Source: Strigamia acuminata
Lineage: Eukaryota
Direction of reading: 5' to 3'
Assembly: GCA_949358305.1 (NCBI GenBank)
Contig: OX442314.1
Span: forward strand, 11,222,001-11,286,000
Length of the DNA stretch: 64,000 nucleotides
Part shown: positions 14,901 to 25,896 of the stretch, piece by piece
Layout of the letters: every line of letters starts with the position of its first letter
Numbering within the stretch: position 1 is the stretch's first letter
Position numbers and translations under genes: made by a program
Notes under the pieces: model-generated
Databases searched by the model: none
What the model was told of the DNA's origin: nothing
The model's input: only the letters and a program-made list of their open reading frames with translations

Positions 14901-17900
14901 GTCCTCGACCACTGAATCCAGCGCGGGAGTTCAATTTCGACGAGCATAATGGAAACGATGATGAAGATGATCTTTCGTACAGGTTTAGCGTTGGACCTCT
15001 GCCACTTTGGGCAAAGAAACAAGTAGTTTTTCTGGTTTTGGAGATGAATTAATTGGTCTTTTGTTGAGGTAATTGAGATTTTGTTGTTAGATGGCTGAGG
15101 ATCCGGCGTCAAATGATGTTGGAAAAGGGTCGAATATTTCTCAGCCGAAAGGCCGGTGGGCGCAAAGGATCGATCCACTTGGAATTAATGTTAAAACGGT
15201 TTACACTTCCGGAGAAATTATTTCTTTTCCACGTCATGAGGGTGAATTGTTGTGATATTGTTGTTTTTTGTTTTTTTGTTATTGTTTTTTTTTGTTTTTT
15301 TTTAGATAATGAAAGTCAACAAAACGATTTTTATGATCTGGAACGTTTCGATTATGATGAAAGTGAAAGTTCGGCCGAATTTCGACATTCGCCCGAAATA
15401 TTTAGTCGAGCACGAACGGAAAATATGCGCTCGCTAGTAAATAAATAAATAAATGAAATAAATAAATAAAATAAAAATTAATTTTTTTTTTTTAAATTAT
15501 TATTTTAGTCGCCATCAGGAATGGTGACAAAGAACCGTGGGAGTAGCGAAGTGACGCCATTCCGAATGCACCATCCAACAGAATTGAGCAGTTTAACGAT
15601 CGACGATTTTGATTTGGAGCAAGAGGCGATCGGTGCGGACGACGAGACCGAATCGACGGAATTAGATTTGCAAGAAGTCATTTATTATCCACCGTTGGAC
15701 GACGATTCGCACTCGATTAATGGGTTTGTTTTAGTTTAATTTAATTTAATGCGGATGGATTAATTAATTGTATCGAAATTGTTTGTTTGAATAGTGATTT
15801 TAAGGTTTGCAATACGAATCCCGACGATTTACGGGAAGCTCACAGAAGAAGCAGAAAATTAAGAGCGGAACGGCCCACGGATATTCCGATTATACAAATG
15901 ACAGGAAGTATGCGTTTTTGATTATCTAGTACGCGGTAAACTAGTTTTATTTATGTCTTGATAACACATTTCGTTTAGCTGTGCGGTCGACCGATTCCGA
16001 AGAGGATGAAGAAGCAACGACGCCTCTCAGCATCGATCAGAATGTGTTGAGCATGTTCAGTATGAGCACGGAGAGTTTGGACCGGGTTGGACAGAGAGAG
16101 AAGTTCATGAAGAGCAATTTTGAGAACCTGGAGGGCTCGCTTCAAGATGGAGAGAATAATGATAATAGATCGAGCTTCACGGCTCGCTTTTTATCGAAAT
16201 CTCAACAGCCAATACGGTATTTAGTTATGGAGGTGGCGGCTAGCTAATTTTGCAATGCCAAATTTAATTTTTTTTGTCTAAAAATAACAGTTTTGTGTCC
16301 AAAAAAATCAGTTTTGTGTCTTAAAATTGCAGTTTTATGTCTAAAAATTGGAGTTTGGCTAAAAATTGCAGTTTTGTGTCTAAAAATTGCAGTTTTGTGT
16401 CTAAAAATTGCAGTTTTGTGTCTAAAAATTGCAGTTTTGTGTCTAAAAATTGCTGTTTTATCCTAAAAATTGCTGTTTTATCCTAAAAATTGCAGTTTTA
16501 TCCTAAAAATTGCTGTTTTATCCTAAAAATTGCAGTTTTATCCTAAAAATTGCAGTTTTATCCTAAAATTTCATTTTTTTGTTCTAAAACTATCATTTTT
16601 GCACTATTACATGCAGTTATTTGTCTATAAGCATGATTTTTGCTCTTAAAATCGCATGTATTAAGTAAAAAAAAATCAATTTTTACACACGAGTAATTTT
16701 TTTAATACCTTATTCGATTTTGTAGTTATAAAAGTCGATTTATTTGCCTTTAGTCGTGCAAAATTTGGCGCCGTATCTGCTTACAGTTAATCAATACATC
16801 TCTTAATAATTTGATGTTGAATTTAAAATGTTTAAAATTTTTTTTAAAGGAAAACAAGTACGAGTAAAAAAACTGGAAGAGAGGTTCCTCCAAGTCCGAA
16901 AAGATTGGAAACGATGAAACGAATGGAAGAAACGCGGAAGAAACTCGATACTGTAACTAATTTAAACCGAAAAAGTAATGAAATATTTAATTTAGAATGA
17001 AATTGTTTGATCACACAGATTGGATGGAAAGCGAGTTTAAATAACAGTAAAAGCATATCGGATTTAACTCGAATATTGCCCGAAAAAGACAATTGTAGAT
17101 CGAGCGCAGCTAACAAAGGTATGGCATTGCTCAAAACAGCAGCCACCAACTCAATGCCCGATTTAAGTGGTACCGTCACGACTGGTACTGTTTTAAATCG
17201 GCACGATGATCATGATAACCCATCGTCGTTTTGTACTAACTCACTTCCTCGTTGTACTGAGAAAAGAAATGTTCCTTTGTCCGGTGCTGGTAAAAGACCC
17301 ACGTCACCTTGTCGCAAAAATGTCATGTCTAATGTCAAAGAAAGGACCTTGAAACAACCTTTAGCTAAGAAAGTGAGCATTAATCAAGTGCTGCCGTCAA
17401 AGTGTGAATCAGGTACTAACAAAACACTTTATTTCACGTTTTTCTGCTTTTAAAATTTCATTTTGCGCTCGCTTTTTCCCATTTCTTCATGTGTTTTCGT
17501 GTTTTTCTATTTATTTTCGTATATTTTCGTTCATTATGCATGAATTGGATGGTGTTTTGGGCCGGTTCATTATTTTGTTTATGTTTTTTGAGTTTGCACG
17601 CACCTGTTTATTTTTCAGATGTGAGTGAAACAATTCGGCGAGCGTCATCAATGACCGATTTGTCTCCTTCGAAATCCTTTAGGAGGCTCCTTCCTCCCCG
17701 TCCGAATGGTAGTTTGATGTTTATTGATTTTGCTCCCTATTTATTCGCTATTTGCTGCAAATTTTTTTAAATTAAATTAAATTTTATTTTATTTTTCACT
17801 TTAAACGTTCGTTAATCGATTTTTCTTTGCAGTTCCGAACCGAACACCGGCTTTCGGAGGCCCCTTGAGAAGGAATTCGGCCTTCGTGGACCCTTCGAAA

Positions 17901-19228
17901 GTGTCGCGCTGTTCGTCGATGACGACGCTCGTCGGGGTCGGCGATGAGGATTCGCGGATTTTACGACCGACGATCAGTTCGAAGAATAAAATGAAATCGA
18001 ACGACCACGGGTTGCCTAAATCTGCATCCAGCTCGAGTTTGGCTTTGAGGAAGAACGTTGAAAATGCAGATTCAGGTACCTCATCGGGCGACATCTCGCC
18101 CGTCGATGGGGCGATGGAACCCCCGTCGTTAAGGGCCCGAAGTACGAGCGTGGACCGCGGAAGGGCCCGTTCTTCGTCGCGACTCTCGAATGCGAGGTCC
18201 GGCAACGAAAAAGCGCCGCTGAGCGCGGGGAAATGGAAGAGCGAACGTGATTTGAGCAAAATGACATTTTCGTTGCCGAATTCGAGCGCAACTAAAACGA
18301 GCAAGCACGAGGTGCAGTTGAAGAAACCGACTACGACAACTGCGGTCATCTCTCGGAAGGCAATAATTACGCCGAGCAAAGCGCCGGCGACGGACGAAGA
18401 CGTGGATTTGGACGATACGTTGAAGAAAAGTCCCCAAGAACTTCCTGTTAAAGATGATAGAGCGCCGAGAGATATTCTCAAGTTACCACGTAAGAAAATG
18501 AAGCATTTTTTAGTTCAATTTTTTAATTTTTTGATTTTGTTTTTTAAGTGACGCATGAATTATGTGAATCGACTGCTGGAGAGTTGAAGCTAGTTTCGGA
18601 TAATACTTTGCAGTTATTTAAAAGGGTAAGAACGGAAGTGAAAAATGTGTTTTTTACATTTAAAATTTCATTTTTGTGTTTTTATGCATTTAAAAATTCA
18701 TTTTTGTGTTTTTATGCATTTAAAAATTCATTTTTGTGTTTTTATGCATTTAAAAATTCATTTTTATGTCTCATTATTAATAAAAATGTGAAATTTGGGC
18801 CTAGAAAATGCATTTTTGTCAAATTTTGGGCTAGAAAATGTATTTTTGCATGTAAAAATTTTTCATTTTTGTCAAATTTTGGCCTAAAATTGCAATTTTA
18901 AGTGTGTAAAGAAACTCCAAATAATATTTTAATTTAAATATATATTTTTAAATAGATATCCTTGGATAATGATCTTTCTGAATCGGAGAGACAGCTTATG
19001 CTCAACACTTTATCCCAAGCTGCGAACCAAGCTCAAGATACTTTGAGATCAATTCGGCCGACACCTTCGAGCGAGCATCCCGATTTGGTGCAAGGAATGA
19101 AAACCATTCCTCCCGAATTACCAGGCGGAGGCGAAGCAATGTCGAGTCTATTACAACAGTACTCGGACATGTTGCTCAACATCGTCCAGCAAGGAATGAA
19201 TTCGCAGTCTCAAACCGGCTCGTCATAA
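2902..19228 (+). CDS. MAPKBP1: MAPKBP1/WDR62-family WD40 scaffold protein (multi-exon)
   Basis: Exon 2902-3075 splices in phase to 9353-9444 ([31 protein letters not shown]), then 11798ff ([28 protein letters not shown]). Many WD40 exons follow (e.g. [31 protein letters not shown]), then a long Ser-rich region and a C-terminal [13 protein letters not shown] helix typical of MAPKBP1/WDR62. Stop at 19226-19228. Confidence 0.88.
3149..3464. mobile_element. Tc1/mariner-type MITE (intronic foldback)
   Basis: ~120-bp imperfect terminal inverted repeats starting CAGTTC.../...GAACTG, with TA on both sides. Confidence 0.75.
5661..6084. mobile_element. Tc1/mariner-derived MITE containing a transposase fragment
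   Basis: ~165-bp inverted arms (AGGGTGTCCCAAAAATAA... / ...TTATTTTTGGGACACCCT) with TA flanks. Internal sequence encodes [10 protein letters not shown]...ETIQLLHET...NWP, a fragment of the DDE/D catalytic region. Confidence 0.8.
6721..7110. mobile_element. MITE with ~40-bp TIRs
   Basis: AAACCGATACAACGT..GTCCTA..TCCCATTGGTTGAG mirrored by CTCAACCAATGGGAGTTAGGACAACGTTGTATCGGTTT; TA-rich flanks. Confidence 0.6.
10124..10437. repeat. 21-bp intronic minisatellite (AAATTTTTACAAAATTTGCAG)n
   Basis: Direct tandem copies; these produce the spurious CRNFYKI and LQKFLQN repeat ORFs. Confidence 0.95.
16278..16570. repeat. 21/20-bp intronic minisatellite (CTAAAAATTGCAGTTTTGTGT / CTAAAAATTGCTGTTTTATC)
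   Basis: Tandem copies visible directly. Confidence 0.9.
18655..18770. repeat. 30-bp intronic tandem repeat
   Basis: TAAAAATTCATTTTTGTGTTTTTATGCATT, about 3.5 copies. Confidence 0.85.
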
Positions 19229-19771
19229 TAAACAAGATTAATATGTAAATTTCTGTTTTTTTTTTAAAAAAATCATGTATAGTGATGTTTTTAAGTGTTT
19301 TTAACATTCCAAAGTTTAAAATTCCTAATCATACCAACAAGTTCTTTGAAATGATTGCGATAACCTTCCGCTTGACGGTGGTGGTGGTGAGACACATTTC
19401 CCTCATTCAAATTGTGCCATAAAAATTTTACCGGTCGAGAATTCAGCACTGAAACTAATCATTCCGTCAGACTACTTTAATGAATGTTGATTTGTAGGAA
19501 AAATTGAGATAATATTGAATGTTTGTTGTGCTTGAAAACGTAGCTGTAGGATCAACAGTGCTGAATGCGAGACCCAATTGCGAAAGCATATCACTTGTTT
19601 CAGCATTAAAAACGAAGATAAAAATAATAAAAACTGTTTGGTCTTCCAATTAAATGCCATTTAGACATTTTTGAAATAAATATTTCCGAAATTAAATCGA
19701 TAAGACTACTTTTACTAAAATTTACATAAAAATCACTCGAAAAAATCACTCGATTATTGTCATTAGGTCGT

Positions 19772-21512
19772 CTACGTCGGCCTGGTTTGCCTGTTGCCGT
19801 ATTGGTTCATCGGTGGATATTGATCTTGCATTTGGTAATTGGGATTTGGAGGAAATCCGTACACTTGTGGCGGCATGGCGGCCATTGGTTGATAATCGTT
19901 CGTTGGTGGATACACTGGGTAGCCGGGATACGCGGGCTGTTGTTGCGGCACATTGTAATAATATTGTTGATAATTCTGATAAGCGGGGTTGGTGTAATTA
20001 CCAGGGTAGTGACCCTGGAAGTGAGGATGAGCCGCGAAAGGCTGTTGCATGGCGTCGGGTGGCGGATAACGGAAAGCCGGCACTTGGAAACTCGGCGGCG
20101 GTGCGTAATATTGCGCGTAAGTCTCTGCGGGTGGCGCGAATGGTTTTGGTTCCGGCGGAAGTACGATGGGTGGCGGTAACGGAGGTTGGGGTTGAATAAC
20201 CTCGGCGGGAACTGGAGGGTTTAATTTTATCCTTTTGATTTCCTGTTGTACGGCGCTTTGTGATTGGTTCGATGCTAAATTCCTTTTCAAGACGGGAACA
20301 ACTAAATAAAAAAATTAAGAATTAATTTTAAAGAACAAATAAATTAATGGAAATGTTTGGTGTTACCTGACGGAGGTGGAAGTGGCGGCGTCTAAAGTAG
20401 AAAAATAAATTAAATTTAAGTTTAAATTATTAGTTTATAGCGAATATCTTACGGTCGATGGTTCCAGTCGTTGCGTCGGTGCCGGTTGTGGCAATGGAGG
20501 TTTCGCGGCTTTTATAGGCGGAGTTTTAGACGGAGATTCGGGTTTAATTGCGCCGATGCGTCCACCGGGCGTGTTGGTGTATAGATCGAGTACTTGGCGG
20601 CAAATATCGTCGATTAAATCCATAGAGATGTCTTCGACAAACATGTCCCACCATTTTGTGTGTTTGGGCGTCCGGCCGTGCCAGTCCTCGACTGTGAATT
20701 TGGATTTTTCGCCGCCCAAGTGCATGAGGGCGATGGCGATGATCTCTGATTCCCATTGGAGCGATAAGGTCGTGCATAAACTGTCGTTGATGAATGTCCA
20801 CGCCTTTTGAACCATTTCGGTTAGTTTTTGTTCGTCGCCTTTCAGTCGTTTCGCGTATTTTACTAAATAACCGTACGGATGTTCGACTTGGAAGTCGAAT
20901 TTGATGGTTTGCAAGAGGATTTTCTCCAAGGTCATCACTTCTTCCTGGTTTAGAAAGTGAAAAAAAAATTGATTAATTTGTGGATTTTTAAAGATTTGAC
21001 GTTTCCTACCATCGGATCTTGTCCAAATTGTAGAAATTGATCGGCTGTCAACTGCGATCGAGCAGTTTCGATTATATTTCTGCATTTTTTCGGTGTTTCT
21101 TCGACTTTTCCGGCCAAAAATAAACAACAACACGCTGTTACCTAAATTAAATTTAAAAAAAAAAATTTTACGAAAAAAGTTTTCGTTACAACTCTTCAAG
21201 TTTCGCGACTTACGTAACGCGGAAAATCCTTAAATGAATGAAACATGTAGAACCGATGGAAGTACACAACGCCCGTCGCCTTCGTATCACTTCGCCTACA
21301 AAATAAAATGAATACATCAACAAATTGTGTCCAAAAATTAAATTTTCTTCCTTAATTGAAACTTACAACCCCATCAACGTTCCGGTACTAATTATAAAGA
21401 GCGCACCTTCCTGTCGATACCTCGCCTCCGTTTCGGGATCAATTCCATGCTGGAACGACGGAGTGTTTTTTAAATCCTTTTTATCGTAATACCAACACTG
21501 CAATTCCGGCAT
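19772..21512 (-). CDS. CCNK: Cyclin K paralogue A (most divergent copy)
   Basis: Spliced: [37 protein letters not shown] / [21 protein letters not shown] / [20 protein letters not shown] / [18 protein letters not shown]...[25 protein letters not shown], then a Pro micro-exon and a Pro/Tyr/Gln-rich last exon. Confidence 0.88.
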
Positions 21513-21779
21513 CTTCGTCTCCCAAACTTAATATCAATCGTGTACAAACTGTAAACACAAACTTATCTTCCCGTCAACATGTGACGGTGTTACGTGTACG
21601 CTGCAATAACTAATTGACCAATCGCGTGCCTCCTTTTCATGGCACCAACTACTTCCGGTCCAAAATGGCGTGTTTTTAATGAATATAAACAACTTTTAAT
21701 AAAATTTTCGCAAAAATCACTATCGAACCAATTCTTTATTACAAAAAAAATCATTTCAAACGAAACAAACGAAAAATAT

Positions 21780-24199
21780 TTAAATATTCGTCGGCCAATT
21801 TTGCCTATTGGCTCGACCCGGAAGTCTCGCCGGGGTGGGCGATTCATGGGGCCCCATTGGTGGATAAGGGCCCGGCACATGATAACTGGGATTTGGAGGA
21901 TATCCAGGCGCTTGAGGAGGGTATGCATTATTTGGAGGCAACGGCGCGCCCACACCGGGAGGATAATCGTTCGAATAAACTTCTTGGTACCCCGGGCCCG
22001 GGTAGGCGGACGGTGGCGGCGCAGTATAATATGGCGGCTGATAATTCTGGTAGCCTGAACTGTTGTAATTTCCCTGATAATGGCCCTGGTATGGGTCAAA
22101 AGGCTGTTGCATAGCGTCGGTGGGTGGATAGCCTTGATAGGGTGGAGACGGGCCCTGGAAACCGGGGGGTGGAGTGGCGTACTGCGCGTATGTTTCGGCT
22201 GCAGTGGGGGTAAATGTGTACGGTTGTGGCGGCAGTCCTGGGGCGGACGTAGGTGGCAACGGGGGTTGTGCAACCATGATATCGGATGGAGTTAAAACCG
22301 TTTCAGGGTTGAGGCGAAGCTTTTTGGTTGATTGTGGTCCCATTTGTTTCAGCTCGGATTTGGCTTGTTGGCTTATTTTACCCACTTGTACAGGAATTAC
22401 TAAAAATAAAAATCAATTTAGTTCAAAAATGCAACTTTAGAGAAGTAAAGTGACATTTTTTGATAGAAAAGCCGACTTTTCCGATAAAAAATTGCAAAAT
22501 TCAACTTCTTTCAATGAAAAATTGCAAAATTCAACTTCTTTCAATGAAAAATTGCAAAAATCAACTTCTTTCAATGAAAAAGTGCACAAATCGATTTTTT
22601 TTTAATGAAAAAGTGCAAAATTCGCTCTTTTTTCATAAAGAAGTGAAAAAAATCGACTTTTTTGTTTCAAAAAGGTTGATAATTAATTACCTGCATGTGG
22701 CGGTGGTGGTGTCTAAAATCAAATTTAAAAAGAAAAGAAAAATTAATTATTATTGAATTTTTATTCACGAAACAAAAATTAAACCAATTTACCCGTGGAT
22801 ACGCGGACCAAGGTAAGGGAATAAAAGGATTTGGCACAAACTAGATATGTGAAGGGAAATTAAAACGGATTTGATCGTGCAAGCTACTCTATAAGGTGAT
22901 TAAACCAAATAAGACCAAAAATTGCAGAGAAATCCTTACGTTAGGCGGTTTTACATGTAAAGGTGGCGCCAACCCGGCTCTAGAGACACCCATCTGGGCG
23001 GGCGGAGTCGTCGGAGGAGTTGCCGCTTTAGTCGCAGCGCCAATACCGCCGGGTGTGTTGGAGTACAAATCGAGCACTTGGTGACAAATATCTGAAACAT
23101 TTCGACGCTAATTTACTCGATTATTCAAATTACTTCAAATTTACCTTCGAGTAAATCCATGGAAACGTCTTCAACAAACATGTCCCACCATTTTGTGTGT
23201 TTGGGCGTCCGGCCGTGCCAATCTTCCACTTCAAACTTGGATAATTTGCCGGCTAAATGCATTAAAGCGATGGCGATGATCTCAGATTCCCATTGAAGTG
23301 ATAAAGTCGTGCATAAACTGTCGTTGACGAACGTCCACGCCACTTGGACCATTTTGGTTAATTTTTGTTTGTCGCCTTTCAGTCGTTTCGCATATTTTAG
23401 TAAGTAAATGTACGGATGTTCGACTTGGAGGTCGAATTTTATGGTTTGCAAAAGGATTTTCTCCATCGTCATCACTTCAGCCTGATTTAAAATTTGATTT
23501 TAGAAGAATTTCTTCGATTTTTTTTTTTTAGTTTTTCTTTTACCCGAGGATTGTCTCCAAATTGAAGAAATTGATGAGCGGTCAACTGCGATCGAGCTGT
23601 TTCTATTATATGTTTGCATTTTTTGGGGGTTTCTTCAACTTTACCGGCCAAAAATAAACAACAACAGGCCGTCACCTAAATTGTATAAAATAAATATAAA
23701 TATTTTGTAAATTTTTGCAATTTGTCGTAACTTTTTGAAGTTTTCGTCGTTTTTTGAAATTTTTGTAATTTTTTGACATTTTTCGCAGTTTTCGTACTTT
23801 TTTCTCATTTTTTTGTAATTCTTTTGTACATTTTATATATTTTTTGTAATTAATTGTAATTTTTTTTTAGAAATTCGAAAAATTTGTTTTACGACTTCAC
23901 TTACGTAACGCGGAAAATCCTTAAACGAATGAAACATATAAAACCGATGGAAGTACACAACTCCCGTTGCCATCGTATCATTTCGCCTAAATGAAAAAAA
24001 AATATAAAAATTTTTCATCATTGACAAAAATTATTATTAAAACTCACAGCCCCATTTGTGTTCCAGTGCTAATAATAAAGCGCGCACCTTCTTGCCGGTA
24101 TCTGGCTTCCGTCTCAGGATCTATCCCCTTTTGGAATGATGGAGTGTTCTTCAAGTCTTTCTTGTCGTAATACCAACATGGCAATTCTGGCACTGGCAT
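21780..24199 (-). CDS. CCNK: Cyclin K paralogue B
   Basis: Same exon series from ATG 24199 ([14 protein letters not shown]...), cyclin boxes in ORFs 23833-24027, 23487-23675 and 23125-23475, Pro/Tyr-rich last exon ending [11 protein letters not shown]. Confidence 0.9.
22485..22582. repeat. 30-bp intronic tandem repeat
   Basis: AAAAATTGCAAAATTCAACTTCTTTCAATG, about 3 copies. Confidence 0.8.
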
Positions 24200-24479
24200 T
24201 TTTCTCTCCAACAAAATAAACACCGAACCGAAAGAAGTTTGATTCCGTTCAGCACGTGACGAATAGGGATAATGCCATGTCTTCTCCTACCCAATCACGA
24301 GCTTTGTTTTGGTCACGTTATTACGCTAGACAAAGACCGATACTACCCAGCACAAGCACTCATGTTTGCAGCATGGTATTGAAACTTGTCACCACGTAGC
24401 GCTGAAAATATGTAAACTGTCCAAAGCACCGTACAGTACAGTACACACCATACACCGCAAATGCACGTACAAGTTAACA

Positions 24480-25392
24480 ATGATTAATATTATTTCTTAT
24501 TACACCTTGGTCCTTGGTGGTGTTGTTTTCGTATATCTACTGACCCGCTTGTTATACGAATGTTACCAAATCCACAATCGAAAAGATTCGACAACAGAAT
24601 TAAAAAATGACAAGAATACAGTAACAGTAATTACGTTAGGATCAGGTAAACGAAATGACGATTTGATTCGTAATTTTTATGATAAAAATAACAAATGACT
24701 ATTTCAGGTGGTCACACCACAGAAATGCTACGTTTGATTAACTCATTGGGACCAAAGTTTGCACCAAGAGTATATGTTGTCGCGAATGCGGACGAAATTA
24801 GCCAAGAAAAAATTCGTGAGATGAATCGTTCTGGGAAAACAATGGTAACTGCTACGCACTGATGTATTGTACGATTCATTTGTGAAGTAACTGGTTTTCT
24901 TTTATCTGCAGTTTGAAATTCTAACCATTCCACGTAGCCGGAGTCTCCATCAATCATATTTGACAAGCGTCATCACAACTTTGTATTCGTGCTTATATTG
25001 TTTAAGTGCAATGATAAAAACATTGCCAGATCTGGTACGTGAGTTTTCACTTTCAGTTGAGTTGATGTTGAAATATTAAACGAATTTGAAATGAATTTTT
25101 AAATAGGTTATATGCAATGGTCCTGGAACGTGTATTCCCTTATGTCTGGCAGTATTTTTTTTGAGGGTAAGCTTTCGGAAATTGAATTAAATTAATTGTA
25201 TCAATATATTTTTTTTAACAGGTAGTCGGTATTCAAAAGGGTAAGATTATTTTTGTTGAAAGTATCTGTAGGGTGGAGACGATATCCTTGTCTGGGAAAA
25301 TTTTATACTATTTTGCTGATGAATTTATAGTACAATGGCCCGATTTAATGAGAAGTTATCCGAGAGCAAAATATTTAGGAAGGCTCGTTTAA
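24480..25392 (+). CDS. ALG14: UDP-N-acetylglucosamine transferase subunit ALG14
   Basis: Five exons: N-terminal hydrophobic helix, LGSG|GHTTEMLRL, IPRSRSLHQSYLTS, PDL|VICNGPGTCIP, IFVESICRVETISLSGKILYYFADEFIVQWP...YLGRLV*. Confidence 0.95.
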
Positions 25393-25896
25393 GTTGCGTG
25401 TGCAAATTTTGATCTGGTTTTTGTAAAACCAACCACAAACACGACGAGAAACAGGTTGTTGTGGTAGTTTTGCTTTTCTACTCGTTTGGAATTATCTTTA
25501 CGATGGTCAGAAATAAATTGTCATTTCTGTAACAATCACAGAAGTTATTTTATGTAACAATGCAGGGGTGGACCTACCGGATGCACCTTTATGTTTTTTT
25601 AATAATTTTATTGCTCGTCTTTGTAATCAATTTGGTCAATTATGTACGGACACAAATTAAAATTCTAACGTTCCGGTTTCATATTTTAATTAAAATAATC
25701 GAATTAATTTACTACAAAACGAATCAAACACAAAAAAGACACTTTATTTTTAGATTATATCTTTATTCATACCACAATAACTTAAAAATGTCGTAATTCT
25801 GTTACAATTTATTAAAACCTGATGAATATTAAATACACTCGATAAAAATATGTACAAATTCTAATGCTAATATATATAAATCTCAATATTTAAAAT

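Noticed and set aside
17801..18481. 226-aa minus-strand ORF
   Set aside because: Antisense shadow of a Ser-rich MAPKBP1/WDR62 exon
20435..21199. 254-aa ORF as a single-exon gene
   Set aside because: Its first third is intron and out-of-frame exon; the real gene is spliced from ATG 21512
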